Assembly: GCA_965649825.1 (NCBI GenBank)
Contig: OZ287704.1
Span: 174,101-238,100, forward strand
DNA from: Penicillus capitatus
Taxonomy: Eukaryota > Plantae > Chlorophyta
Reading direction: 5' to 3'
DNA: 64,000 nt
Positions 34,101 to 47,180 of this stretch are shown piece after piece. The notes under the pieces were generated by a model that was not told the origin of the DNA, made no database searches, and saw only the letters and a program-made list of their open reading frames with translations. The stretch's first letter is position 1. Each line of letters starts with the position of its first letter. The position numbers and the translations under genes were made by a program.

Positions 34101-37100
34101 GAGAGTTAAGGAGAACCTGCACATGGTGTTTACGGCATCGCCCGTTGGAGAGAACTTCAGAATCCGATCGCAAAGGCATGCATTTCTGAAGATCGATCGC
34201 AGGCAGTGTGGAGAGGATGGCTGACTGCTGTAGGTTTTTGGCGACGGTGACATCGACAGTGATCGATTGGTTTCAGCCATGGCCCGAAGAATCTCTGCAC
34301 AGTGTGGCACGCAAATTCTTGGCAGAGGTGGATCTGGGAGCAGACGCTGTACGAGATGCCGTCGTGGAGTTTATGCCTTACAGTTTCTCTACGGTGAATG
34401 CAGCGTCGAAGAGATTCTTCGAGACGGAAAGGCGATTCAATTACACAACGCCCAAGACGTTTCTGGAACTGATCAAGCTCTACAAGAATCTGCTGGCTCG
34501 AAAACGTCAGATCACACAGGATAACATCGACAGGTGACCAATGACCGAATCTGTGTACTGGAAAGTGACCCGCCCTTTCACGTGGCTGGTGGTTTACAGA
34601 TTGGATACTGGATTGAGAAAGCTGCACAAGACGCAGGAAGAGGTGGATGTCTTGGTCGAAGCTGCGAAGAAGATGGCAGTGGAAGTTGAGGAGAAAGTAG
34701 AAAATGCAAATGCCTTTGCCGTCAAAGTCGGCATCGAAAAAGAGAAGGTGAATGCGGAGAACGAAGCAGCACAGGTCCGTCGACACACAACCCCGCCGCC
34801 ATTCCACATCATTCTCCGCAGATCGAAGAGGAGAAATGCACGGCCATAAACAAGGAAGTGTCCGAGAAGCAAGCTTCGTGCGAGAAGGATCTAGCGGCTG
34901 CGGAGCCTCTCGTTGAACAAGCAGAGGCGGCGCTGAATACATTGAATAAAAAAGATCTGGGAGAGGCGAAGTCCCTCAAGAAACCACCTACAGGTTTCGA
35001 CGTATGACCTTACCTTATGAAGAGGGACGCTGTATGTTAGGTGTGGACGACATCACTGCCGTGGTTTTGATTCTGTTGGAAAACAATCCCAAAGACAAAT
35101 CCTGGGCTGCCGCTCAGAAGATGATGAACAACGTCGATAAGTTTTTAGATCGGCTGAAATCGTTTAAGCCGTTGGTCGACGACGGCAAAGTGCCAAAGAA
35201 GAGCATCGATGCGACACGAAGCTATCTTGAATTGCCGCACTTTAACCGTGAGATCATCTACACGAAATCTCGTGCGGCAGCAGGACTCTGCGACTGGGCC
35301 ATCAACATCGTCAAATACTATGATGTTGTCTCCGAGGTATGCCCACGCGTATTGTTGGATGGAGAGTCTTAGATCGTGGCGTTGCTCCCTCTTTAGGTCG
35401 AACCCAAGAGAAAGGACCTGGAAGAAGCGAATCTGAAGCTGCAAGAGGCAGACGAGCAGTTGAGGACGGTGAAAGAGCGTGTCGCGGAACTGAATCGACA
35501 GGTCGAGGAATTGGAAGAGCAGTTCGATGTCGCGATTCGAGATAAGGAAGGCGCCATTCAAGAGAGCGAAAAATGTCAAGCAAAACTCGATCTGGCCAAC
35601 CGCCTCATCAATGCCCTAGCATCCGAAGGTCTCCATCTAGCATCCATCGCGCTCGTACCGAACATTCTTAATCGCAGGAGAGAGATGGGCGCAAACGGTG
35701 GAGCAGCTGAGACTCGACTACGAAGTGCTCACAGGGGACATGTTACTCGCATCTGCCTTCGTCAGCTATGCCGGTCCCTTCACAAACAGATTCAGAAAAG
35801 AGCTGATCGCAGAATGGGCGAAATTCTCTGTCGATCGATCCATTCCGATGACGGAAGGACTGATGGATCCACTCAAGGTCCATGAGCAGCCCCGCCTTTG
35901 CTGTCTTGGCGCGAGCGAATCTGTTTGTCAGGTACTGGTCGATGATGCGCTTGTTGCTGGCTGGGTAAGAGAAGGCCTGCCGTCGGATCCGACTTCGATC
36001 CAAAACGGAACAATCTTGACCAATTCAGAAAGATGGCCTCTGATGCTCGACCCTCAACTGCAAGGCATCGATCTGTCCAGCACCAGCCTTCCCCTCTGTT
36101 CACGTGTCTCCTACAGGGATCACTTGGATCAAGGAGAGGGAGAGCAAGAACAAACTGCAGGTCGTGCGCATGGGCGCTGATAACACGGTCACCGTGATCG
36201 AACGCGCGATCGAAGCGGGGAACTCCGTTCTGATCGAAAACATGGGCGAAACCATCGATGCCGTTCTCAATCCGGTCATCACGAGATCCACATACAAGAA
36301 AGGACGCAATCTCTTTGTCAAACTCGGCGACAAAGATGTCGAATACAACAAGAATTTCAAACTCTTCCTCCATACAAAGCTCTCGAATCCGCACTATCCT
36401 CCCGAAGTGCAGGCCGAGACGACACTGATCAACTTTACCGTTACCGAACAGGTGCGATGACGCTCGACGCAATCGCTCTCGATCCGATGCGCGATCGATC
36501 GCTGCCGATTAGGGACTGGAAGATCAGCTGCTCGCCTTGGTCGTTAATAAGGAGCGGCCCGATTTGGAACAGACGAAGACGCAGCTCATCATCCAGAACA
36601 ACGAATTCACGATCAAGCTCAAACAGTTGGAGGACGACCTGCTCTACAAGCTCTCTGCAGCCGAAGGGGATCTGACAGAAGACGTCGCCCTCATCGAGAG
36701 CCTCGAAGAATCCAAACGCGTCGCCGAGGAGATCACGGAGAAAGTGGCAGAGGCGAAAGAAACGGAGACACTTCTCAATGAAAACCGCAACTGCTATCGG
36801 CACGTCGCCTCGCGTGGGGCAATGCTCTTCTTCCTCCTCAACTCGCTCAACAAGATCCACGCTTTCTATCAGTTCTCCCTCAACAGTTTCGTCACGGTCT
36901 TCTCCAGAGGCATCGATCAGACCCCGGGCGGAAAGAAGAAGAGCAAAGAAGCCGATCCCAACGCGCTGCAGAAACTCCAGCGACGCGCGACGGGAACACC
37001 CGATGACTTCCAACAGGTGATGCAAATGGCACGCCGCAGCAGTATGGGAACACAACACATGTCGCGACGGGGATCGTCTGCAACGGGAAAACGCGTATCG

Positions 37101-39656
37101 AACGATCTTCAACGCATCTCTTCGGGGGGAACGTTGCCGCCGATCGATCCGTCGGATGACGAAGGGGACCTGCCTGTGCCCAACCTCGAAAAGCGATTGG
37201 AAGACCTGCTGGCGACGTGCACGTACACAGTCTTCAATTTCACGCGTCGTGGTCTGTTTGACAAGGACAAGCTGATTTTCTTGTCTCTTCTGACGTTCAA
37301 TATCCTCCTGCGCAGCGGCGAGATCGATGCGGAGACGTACATGGCACTCTGTAGTGGTGGGCGTTCCGTCGCTCCGCCGCCGGTTACGGATGATCTCAGT
37401 CGTTGGATGACAGAATCGCAGTGGTCGGCACTCGATGCCCTCACAAGCGTCAAAGGATTCGGCGCATTGGCCAAAGAAATGGAAAAGGCGTCGGATAACT
37501 GGTATGCCTGGAACTCCATCGAAAAGGCCGAAAACGCCAAAATACCTGGAGACTGGTCCAAGCTCTCCGATTTTAAGCAACTCCTGATCATCCGAGCCCT
37601 TCGCCCCGATCGCATCACGAGCGCTCTGTTAAAATTCTGTGAGTCGAAGATGGGAGCGAAGTACGTCAATGAAGACGCTTTCGATGCAGCATCCATGATG
37701 AAGGAGACCACGGCGAGCTCACCCGTCTTCTTCATTCTCTTCCCAGGTTACTCCCCATCGAAAGAGATCGAACAACATGCCAACCACGTAAAACCAATGC
37801 GCTCTCCCTGCGCTTTCCCCTGAACAGCATCGCCGGTGTGATTCTAGGTTGGGTGGACAGTCGAGAACGGCAAGTTGACGTTAATTTCGATGGGCCAGGG
37901 TCAGGAGGGTCCAGCAGAAGCGACCCTTGAGAAGTATATGAAGAGTGGTGGATGGGTCTTTCTCGATAACGTACATCTCATGCAAGGCTGGATTCCTCGT
38001 CTCGAACGGCAGCTCGAAAAGGCAGCTGAGAAAGCGCATCCCGATTTCCGCTGCTTCTTTTCGGCCGAGCCCATCAACGGAGCCCCTCAGGCGAAGATCA
38101 TACCCGAATCGATCCTGCAGACCAGCATCAAGATCAGTAACGAACCGCCGAGCGATATGAAGTCCAACATGCGTCGCGCCTTTGCCGCTTTCAGTCAGGA
38201 GCAGATGGATCGACCATCGTCGCTGATGAAGCAGACCGCATTTAAGTCCATTCTCTTCGGCCTCTGCTTCTACCATTCCCTTCTTCTCGGCCGCAAGAAA
38301 TTTGGCGTCGGCATCGGCATCGGCAGTGGATCGGGACTTGGATTCTGTCGAGGGTATTCGTTCAACATGGGCGATCTTACGACGTGTGGCGACGTTCTGC
38401 ACAATTACCTCGAAGCCTATTCCTTTATTCCGTGGGATGATTTGCGGTATATGTTTGGTGAGGTGTTCTACGGTGGCCATATTACGGACGCCATGGATCG
38501 CCGATGCTGTATGACGTATCTGGAGGTCCTGATCCGACAAGAGATTCTTCCGATCGGCAGTTTGGACGATCCTGCTACCTGGCAGCCGCCGACGCTCGAT
38601 CTGGCACCGAATTTCAAGGCCCCATCGCCGACGAACTATCCATTCTTGAAGGAATACATCGAGTCGGCACTGCCTCCGGAATCTCCCGTTGTTTACGGAC
38701 TGCATCCCAATGCCGAATTGGCATTGCTGACGGCCGAGGGCGAAACGCTCTTTCGAACAGTCGTGGACGTCTCGGGTGGCGGCGGCGGAACTGGATCAGG
38801 TGGATCAGGGGATGTCCAAGAAGGCATCCGCAGCCAACTGGCATCTTTCATGGAATCTTTACCGCCGCCTCTTAACCTCATCGAAATCGAAGCCTCTATA
38901 CAAGAGACGACGCCATTCGTCGTCGTGGCTCTTCAGGAAGCTACACGTATGAACGCTCTCCTGGCCGAGATGAAGCGATCGATGGAGGAGCTGCAGCTCG
39001 GTCTGGATGGTGCCCTCAATATGAACGACAAAATGGAGGCACTGGCAAAGGGCATCGAATTTAATACCGTCCCGTTGCTCTGGATGTCGCAGATGTCGAC
39101 AAGGATCCAAGAGGTCTTCTCCCTCTCGGCATGGTATCAGGACGTTATCAAGAGATACCAGCAGCTAGAAAAGTGGACATCGAATGGCGTGCAAGTCCCC
39201 GTCAGCGTCTGGTTGCCAGGACTCTTCAATCCAAAGGCTTTCTTGACGGCCGTTATGCAAACGTATGCACGTTCTAATCAGCTTCCCCTCGATCGAATGA
39301 CGTTTATGACCGATGTCACGGGCAAGACGGAGGAGCAGTTGACGGAGCCGCCTGCGTTGGGTGTTTATGTTCATGGACTGGTGCTGGAGGGTGCTCGATG
39401 GGATCGGGAAGAGGCATGCCTCAAAGAGAGTCTCCCGAACGAGCTGCATCCCTCACTCCCGGTCATCCGTGTCCGTCCCGTCACCCGAGAAGAGTTCAGT
39501 CTCGACGGTTACTACGCCTGTCCTGTCTACACCAACATGCAACGCGCAAATGTCTACTCGCCGATCGTCTCGACGTTCACTCTCAAGACAAACGACCCGC
39601 CACACAAGTGGACATTAGCTTCCGTAGCGATTCTCCTTCAGGACGAACTCGCCTAG
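25146..39656 (+). CDS. ODA11: Flagellar outer-arm dynein alpha heavy chain (N-terminal kelch, IPT and filamin domains)
   Basis: N-terminus M|SVCWEEP...RAGHSFT..LLFGGCGRRDGKAQAFNDLFEL closely follows my recollection of Chlamydomonas ODA11. Kelch repeats, IIGPPYAC IPT domain, RGSPF filamin domain, DHC_N2, P-loops GPAGTGKT, GPTGCGRT, GGAGVGKT and GVGGSGKQ, stalk, AAA5/6, C-terminus LLQDELA*. About 22 short introns. Confidence 0.95.
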
Positions 39657-39680
39657 AAAGAGTGACTTGCCTGCTTAATG

Positions 39681-39685
39681 TGTAA
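39681..39685 (+). promoter_or_regulatory. Candidate chlorophyte polyadenylation signal TGTAA
   Basis: TGTAA lies 25 nt after the ODA11 stop; UGUAA is the known poly(A) signal of many chlorophytes. A 5-mer can occur by chance. Confidence 0.4.
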
Positions 39686-39808
39686 CATGATTAGGACGCT
39701 CAAAACTGTACGACACATTCGCGAGCATCTCATGAAAGAGATGTGATGTATCGACGTGCTCTGGCTACGGTTCGACACGTCGATGCGCTTTTCGTTGTGT
39801 TCCGCGAA

Positions 39809-42695
39809 ATGGGCTGCCACGATCTCTGGAAGTGTTTGGCGACCGCTGGCCTGATTGAGTCATTAAAGGGCGGGACACGTGGTGACTATGAACGTATCCT
39901 CAAAGAACTGCGAGGCAAAATTGTCGCCGTCGACTGTTCCGTATGGCTCTTCGAAGTCAAATCCGTCGCGCAGCTTCGCAAGAGCTTCGCGTCGGAAACG
40001 GCGGCTTTCGTCAAAGTGATCTTCGAAAAGGCAACAGACTCTCTGTACGATCTCCTCATCCTTCGCGCCATTTCGGATGTTCAGATCTCGAACATGTTGC
40101 GCTTGGGATGCACACCTGTGCTTGTGTTCGAAGGCGAAGTAGACAAATCGAAATACGAGTTGATGGAACGCAGGTCGATTGGCGAATTTCACGCCTCAAA
40201 GAGTGACATGGCTGGTGCGTCTCTTAGATACCAGCGGGCTTATACCAGCAAAGGACATCGCAATCGATTCAGTGAACTTCAGAAATTTGTTAAGGCGATG
40301 GTAAGGCCGGTCATACAATACGTCACATCATGCGGAATCTCCGTGAAGGGTGTTGTGACGGTGAATGCCCCTGGAGAGGGAGAGGCGATGTGTGCCGCAC
40401 TCGATGCATTAGGTCCATCTGATCTTGCACGATGCAGGTATCTCACTCACTGACTCTCAGGATTGGTGGACGGATGTGTGACACGCGATGCCGATGCCTT
40501 TGCCTTTGGATCACAGACGGTGTACAAGACCTTCAGCGTTTCGGTCAGGCTATTTCTCATAGTGATGTGACTGCTCATGATTCGTGCACGACAGGCGACG
40601 ACAATGCGAAACAACGAACTGGAGATCTGTCGTCTGTCGGCAGCCCATCAGTTATTCGGCATCCATTCCGGAGGGACATTGGCGATGCGATTGCTGCTGC
40701 TCCTGAGCGGCGGAGATTACAATCTAGGCGGTACAAAGAATGTCGGATCTGTGAAGGGACTAGCAACCGTCCAATCACTTCTCAAAGACAAACTCGTTCT
40801 CCCCCTCGCCATCTTCGCCATGAAGTCCGATGCGTGTGGCAGGATGATCTGGACTTGATCGATGACTTCTGGGCATCGCTCTTTCGCACAGAGACGCCAG
40901 TCAAAGCACCTTCCCATCGCGTTTGCACTGGCTGCCGAACCTGTGGTGCCTCCTGTCTTGAGACGGTACCAATGAAGGAACATGATATGGCGTGTCAGGA
41001 TGTCCACTGAAAGGAAAGAAGAGAATTGACAGACATGGGCCAGCTGGATGTGAAGGATGTGGCACACACGCCATCGAAAAGGGCGGAAATGGCCAAGGCG
41101 GTTGCATCGTCATGGACGAGGGAGAGACCTGTCGCTGTCCGTTCTGCACGTGGAGGAGCGGAGACGAAGGAAAACGTGAAGTGATGCACAAGGTCTGCCG
41201 TTCTCCGTATGAAATTCCCTCTAGCATCCCTGCTCAGGTCTTCAGCTGTGCCCGACGCCAGAGTATCCAGCATACCACGCTCGACAACGCACTGAAGACA
41301 TACGAGCGACAAAAGGACCAGGCATTTGATACAGCACGTTTCTTCTCACACAAGTGTCACTCTTTTCGACGTCACATCACACTACCAGGAGGGCGGGATG
41401 TGCAGATCGGAGTTGACGTGGCAGCATCGTCCCAATGTGGATGTATTGGCAGAGTTGCTGAAGAAGTATCTGGACTGGGATGCCGAGAAAGTACGTGCCA
41501 AGCTCATGCCGCTGTTACTGGACTGGGATGCATCGCATCGAAATCATCCAGATAATGGTGACGTCACATCTTTCCTGTCAAGATCTGTCGGTCTTACGAA
41601 AATCGTGTTGGCAGAGTTCGAGGTGTGTGAAGTGGTGAGTTTGGGGACGAAGGGTCGACAGTTAGGTAACCAGACATCCCAGATCACGGTGCGATTCCGG
41701 AGAAAGGCCGATGTCCAGATCGACACCAGAGACGTCGACATTCAGTATCTGGAGGAAAAGATGGACGGAGGGAAATGGAATCTACGCAAGCCATTGATCG
41801 ACAGCTTCTACCCAGATCTCATCCGCGAATTCAAAAAGAGGAAGGGAAAGAAGAACGACGCCAGCATGCCGTCCCGCAAGATCACAGATTTCTTCAAAGA
41901 AAAGAACAAAACGCGTGCCTTCCCGGCAGATGCTCCAGCAGAATCTGATCCTGTACGCCCTCTTTCTTCGTCTCCTTACACAATTTGGGCGTGCAGGAGG
42001 TCGATAAGGGTGAAGCTTTGGCAGAGTCGCCGCCTTGCAAAATTCCGAAGCTGTCGATTTGGCCAGAGGCTTGTGAAAAGAGGACAGATATGCCGCCGCG
42101 ACTTGAGCGGACAGGCGTGGTCGATTATCCCACCACCAGGACGACCCCTGCCAAAAAGCCGTTCAGTGTCAACCGCATCCTCCGAAAGCGCTTGAACGAT
42201 GTGCACGAAGACACACGCCAGTATCGCTCTCCAGTCAAGAAAACCAGAGAGAGATTCGAGGACCAGAAAAACAACAAGGGTCCCATTTCCCCCAAAAAGC
42301 GCTCGGTCGTTATGCACAAAGACATCCGTCAGTATTGCTCTCCAGTCAAGCAAGCCAAAGAGACGTTCGAGGAGAAGAGCAACGACCGTGGTCCCATTTC
42401 CCTGATCTCAAGTTTGGGATCTGTTCCCCGACGACTGACAACGCTCTCCATCGACAGTCCTGTCGAGAGACCCCATCCACCGTGGCATGTGCCTGTCCAT
42501 GACGACGTCACGCAGACCTGCCGTCCCGACAACGACGTTGCTGTGAGCATTGGGTCGACGCCTTTGTTGCCAGTCATCCCTTCGCTCACAATTGAAGAGG
42601 AGGTGGTCGATTTGCTGACGCCACGGACCCACAATGACGTGACAGTCGAGGATGCTGTCATCGATCTCCTATCCGAACCTTCTCCGCGGCCGTGA
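39809..42695 (+). CDS. GEN1: XPG/Rad2-family Holliday-junction resolvase GEN1-like
   Basis: MGCHDLWKCL, VAVDCSVWL, TPVLVFEG, APGEGEAMCAALD, DGCVTRDADAFAFGSQTVYK, LLLSGGDY (H3TH), Cys-rich insert, W..RPNV, long disordered C-tail. Confidence 0.88.
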
Positions 42696-42941
42696 GTTCC
42701 GACCGCATCTCATCGAGAACTCAATGACAACAAGCGACGACGGTTCATGAAAGAGACAAATTTTGAAGCCATACACCAGCCGCTGTCACTTGTTTGTTCT
42801 GTCTCCTCGAACGCTACTCCATTGTACACTGTACATTGACTTTCTCTTTGACCCGCCTCGCCTCCAAAACGCATTTCGTGTTCTTGAACACTCTTTTCGC
42901 GACGTCCTTTTCGTGTTGGGCATCTTGTCCAAGCCGTCGAT

Positions 42942-43344
42942 ATGGCAACGCCGAATTCCTGGTCAACCGATATCCTTGGCTGCTGTGACGACTGCAATAT
43001 CTGCTGCTATGGCATCGTGGCACTGCCTTGTCTCTACGGAGAAAACTTTTCCAAAGTGCAAAGCCTAGCCGTTTATATCACGTGGTGTTTGAGCAACGGA
43101 TGTGTAGTTGCATGGAGGTGGCTGTCCAGGACCGTGCATGCTCTATACTATCTGCAATCCTATTGCCGCCTGCTGTATGGCTGGGACCTTTCGGGGAGAC
43201 TTGAGAGCGAAGTATAATCTGCCAGAAGACAACTGCTCAGATTGTTGTGTGCACTGTTTCTGTGGTCCTTGCGCTGTTTGCCAAGAGGCACGGGAGCTAA
43301 GGTATCGAATGAAAGGCATTGCACCTCCACATCGCGTCGTTTAA
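42942..43344 (+). CDS. PLAC8-family Cys-rich protein
   Basis: WSTDILGCCDDCNICCYG..LPCLYGEN, one intron, then RGDLRAKYNL..DCCVHCFCGPCAVCQEAREL. Confidence 0.9.
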
Positions 43345-43769
43345 CTCGAGAGGTGAGTGGGTCCACGATTCGTGGAGCGTATCGAAATCGTGTTCTGCGT
43401 TTGCAGATCGGTCAATCGCCTAGCAAAGGAACCAGAAACGTGGACCGTGAGTTTGTCATATTCTCTGAGTGAGAATAATGGACGTGCTGTGTGGTGTGAA
43501 AGACTTGCTTTTCGCATGCACACGATTTAATAGAAAATGCTCATGAAATCGTCTAATGATACGTCTTAGCACTGACTGCCTTTTGCTTGTATTGAAACGG
43601 TTGTTTATGAATTGACTGTTCTGCTGCTACTCCTGCGAAAGTGCGTTGACGATTCCTTTACCAGTAAGTACAGGCAATCCGGTGCCGATCGAGCCTTATC
43701 GCCGATATCGATTTCTGTCGTCGCCATCAAATGCCTCGTCCTGTCGACGAATTCCTTCGATTTGCGATC

Positions 43770-44362
43770 GGTTCATGCCAATGGGCGAAGATCGACGGAT
43801 TCTTTTGGAGACACGTCAGAATTCTGTATCCGGAAGACGATCGATGACGCTGCTTACGTCATCGTGCGATCTTTTCGATCTGCGATGTCCATCGTCGTCA
43901 TCGTCTTCAGATGCCATCTCGATGGCCTGCTTTTTGTGTTTTTCACTCTCCTTCATGATCGTTCTCGCGGATGTGCCCATCGATACGATCGGAGAGACAA
44001 GAGAAATGCGATGATCGATGTCTCGCGTCGCGATGATCGCTTCTATCCAAACAAAACACATCCTAAGCAGTTCTTTGTGCCTCATCGACGACATCGCCTT
44101 CTCCTCTCGCACCCCAAACCCTTCTGCCGTTCAAAAAAGCTGAAGACGTACTCAGCACTGAGGTTTGTCGATGCATTCGCGACATCGTTTGGAGACCCGA
44201 TGGATATATGTGGTATGGTCTATCGCTGCACTCTTTTCCTTCACGTTCCTTTCCTGTGACGTCTCCGTGGCGCGTGTGACAGTAGAAACCCAGTGGGAAT
44301 TCAAATCGAGGTCGTGAATGAACAGCTAGCGTCCCAAAGACGGCGCGCCGTCGAATCATCAT
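43770..44362 (-). CDS. Possible small hypothetical protein
   Basis: ORF 43816-44112 has a charged acidic tract (KESEKHKKQAIEMASEDDDDDGHRRSKRS) with an open in-register antisense frame. Exon boundaries unresolved. Confidence 0.3.
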
Positions 44363-44621
44363 CCCCGCGTTCCCGTCTAACGCATAGTGACGACATCATT
44401 CCCGCGTCTGCTCAATGCGATCTGCGACAGGATCGAATAGCTCAACAACGATGAAGCCTCCTTTCGCACTGTGACCACGTTTCTTAGAAACACAATCTGT
44501 TTGCGGCTTACACAAGAGATAAAGAATCTTAGAACATCTGTTCGGTCGGATACAAGCACGTTCCGTCATTCACACATGCATTTGACAAAACAACAGCAAG
44601 ACACAACAATCCGACTCTTCT

Positions 44622-45281
44622 TCACAGATCATCGAAATCGTCCCGATCGTCGTCTCTGTTCTGAAATCCCCGGACGGCGTTAAAAATGGCATTGAATACG
44701 AAGATGGCGATAAAGATGTTGAAGATGCCACCAAAGCCGATGGGAAAAAAGAAGGACGGCATCAGACCGTAACCACCCATACCATATCCATAACCTCCAA
44801 CCAAAGGAGGGGCAATTCCTGGCGAGCCATAGTAGTTGTATTGTCGATAGCTACAACACACAGCGATCGATGCGTGATGTCTGAAAAGACGTTTGATAAA
44901 GAGGATGGACCTTCTATTGCCGCCGCCTCCTCCTCCTCGCGGCATCGACGGTGCCCTCGAGCGAAAAGAAGATCCGCCCATTCGCCCACCACTTCTGGCA
45001 GCGAATGCCTCATCTGGGATCACGGCACCTGAGATCAAGGCACAGACGACCAGCGCTGCGGTCGGTCCAGCCAGTTTCTGCATCAACGACGGCTTGTCCG
45101 TCTCCTCATCTGAAGGACCGGATGTGCGAGAAGAGGCCACCACGTGGTAGCCACCGCGACGAAGCTCGACGGGACATGGCGACCGCCGATTACAAGGACG
45201 AGGGTAGGGCAGACGTGCACCGAGCCCACGAGTGTTGACAAGCAGCGGTGTTGGCAACAACGTCGTCGAACAGTGAGCCAT
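44622..45281 (-). CDS. Plastid-targeted Gly-rich TM protein resembling the FLAP1/DUF1517 N-terminal region only
   Basis: Transit-peptide-like N-terminus, hydrophobic AAALVVCALI..AFA, then ARSGGRMGGSSFRS, APPLVGGYGYG and a C-terminal TM; 60-nt in-frame intron at 44851-44910. Confidence 0.65.
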   Translation of the reverse strand: MAHCSTTLLPTPLLVNTRGLGARLPYPRPCNRRSPCPVELRRGGYHVVASSRTSGPSDEETDKPSLMQKLAGPTAALVVCALISGAVIPDEAFAARSGGRMGGSSFRSRAPSMPRGGGGGGNRRSILFIKRLFRHHASIAVCCSYRQYNYYGSPGIAPPLVGGYGYGMGGYGLMPSFFFPIGFGGIFNIFIAIFVFNAIFNAVRGFQNRDDDRDDFDDL

Positions 45282-45958
45282 GGCGCAAAGAATCTCAGCC
45301 AGTCGATGATGACTCAGATGTGCGTCATTGCGTTCGTTGCTCGACTAGACAAGGACACGTCCGCGCGAACGAACGCACACGCCTGAACGATGACGGGTTG
45401 GTGTATTTGAACCCTTCGCTTCGACGGTTTTCTCGTACGATATAAAGAGAGCGCCTTGGCTTTCTTTAATACCTTCGTCTTTACTGTTCAGTCGTCCCCC
45501 TTGGTCGAAGAGCGTCAAACAGGCGCCTCGTCAAACATCTACTACACATTCCGTCAGCGAAGGCGACTTCGTTATCTGACGAAACCGCCGTCGGAGCTTT
45601 GAACACATAACCATCCGCCTCAGACTGAGTACGTGTTTGTTCCATTGGTTATACGACTGACCTTCGAGGCATGCGGTTTGGGATGCAGAGCGTGCCATTC
45701 ACGATGTTGACGGAGATTCGGTCTTCGATGCATAAAATAAAGAGCCTTTTTCAACGGACATCTGCTCAAAACGAAAACATGAGCGGGGAGCAGTGTGCTC
45801 TGCAGAGATGGTCCCTGGGATACTGTTCCGCGCTGTCTAAAAAACTTCAGTCTCGACGGGCGCTTTCTAGTAGTTTGTCGCCGAATCCCGTCCGTCCGCC
45901 GTTGCAGCAGACCGCGGCACCTATGAAGCCCGCGCAGCTGCCACTGAGGTAAGATGGG

Positions 45959-47180
45959 ATGACGCTGGCATGGATGAGAGATGACTGCTGTGCTCTATCT
46001 AGAGCCTGTGTTGGGCGCCGGGTGAGTGAAATCTTTGGCGACGTCTTTGCTTCGCTTGATTTTTCCGATTCGCCGACGACGCCTTTTGGCATCAAGGCTT
46101 TCAAGGAATCTTCTTCGCGACCCCTTGCTGAACACAAGAATGATGGCCCCGCAGATCAGTATGTCGTTGAGCCTATATCAGCTGTGGAGGAGACAGAGGT
46201 GCTCAATCTCATAAGACAAGCAAATGAGGGCCTTGCAATTGCTCCTCCAAAACTGTGCAGTCTGGGAACGGGGGGCGTTTACTTTCTAACAACTAGTACT
46301 GGAGCGAATGTGGCTGTTTTCAAACCGACCGACGAAGAACCAAGGGGAATCAATAATCCAAAAGGGTATCAACGAAATGGACAGAGTGGTGACAACAGTC
46401 TTCGTGACGGCATTCGTTCGGGGGAGGGTGCCATGCGCGAGCGTGCTGCTTTCCTATTGGATCATCATTCTATCTCTGGCGTTCCGCCAACGACTATGGT
46501 GACATTGAGCTCGAAGGCAGATGCAGAATTTGAGAAAACGGGCAGTCTTCAGCAGTATATCCCCTTCGACTACGATGCCGAAGAATGCGGCACTGGGCTG
46601 TTCTCTGTTGAAGAAGTCCACAAGATCTGCCTGGCCGACCTGAGATACGTCAACACAGACAGGAATGGCCAGAACTTGCTCGTGACTCGGCGGAAAGACG
46701 GCGGGACGACATTGACACCAATCGACCACGGCTACTGTTTTCCTGACGCTCTACAAGAGCTTTACTTCGAATGGATGTACTGGCCACAGGCCAAACAGCC
46801 ATTCAGTCCTTCTCTCCTCAAGTATGTCTGTCCTCCAACACCACGAGGCAACAACGATCGCTGTGTGTATTAGATTTATAGAGGAGCTAGACCCGGAGGC
46901 AGATTTGGAGTTGCTCCGTCAACACGATATTGTATTCCGGCGAGAGTGCAATCAGGTCTTCCTCTTTGTCAATTATTGTCTAAAGTGGGCAGTCCAAAAC
47001 TCCTGCTGTACCCCCTGGGGGATCGCTTCTATGCTGTCGACTTCAAGAGACAGTGCTTTAGAACGTAGTTTTAACCTAGCCAATGAGCTCAGCCACGGCG
47101 TCATGTCGGAGCCTCAGGTCTACAAGGCACTCGATCATTACGCCGACGATATATTATCATTTCTCGCAGAGTCAAAATAG
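45959..47180 (+). CDS. Type II phosphatidylinositol 4-kinase gamma-like kinase
   Basis: GTGGVYF, AVFKPTDEEP, GEGAMRERAAFLLDH, GSLQQYI, NTDRNGQNLLV, PIDHGYCFP, FEWMYWPQAKQPFS. Confidence 0.9.

Noticed and set aside
36900-37200. Ser/Arg-rich insertion (RRSS, RRGS) in the dynein motor region
   Set aside because: As I recall, Chlamydomonas ODA11 has a similar insertion at this position, so it is not specific to this organism.
28098-38705. Many long minus-strand ORFs (e.g. 29193-29900, 32272-33090, 33133-34005, 36441-37580, 37881-38705)
   Set aside because: They are in-register antisense shadows of ODA11 caused by avoidance of TTA/CTA/TCA codons, with typical L/F/V-rich shadow composition.
40920-41160. 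Cys-rich insert in GEN1 as a novel zinc module
   Set aside because: An equivalent Cys/His-rich segment after the H3TH motif is a known feature of animal and plant GEN1.
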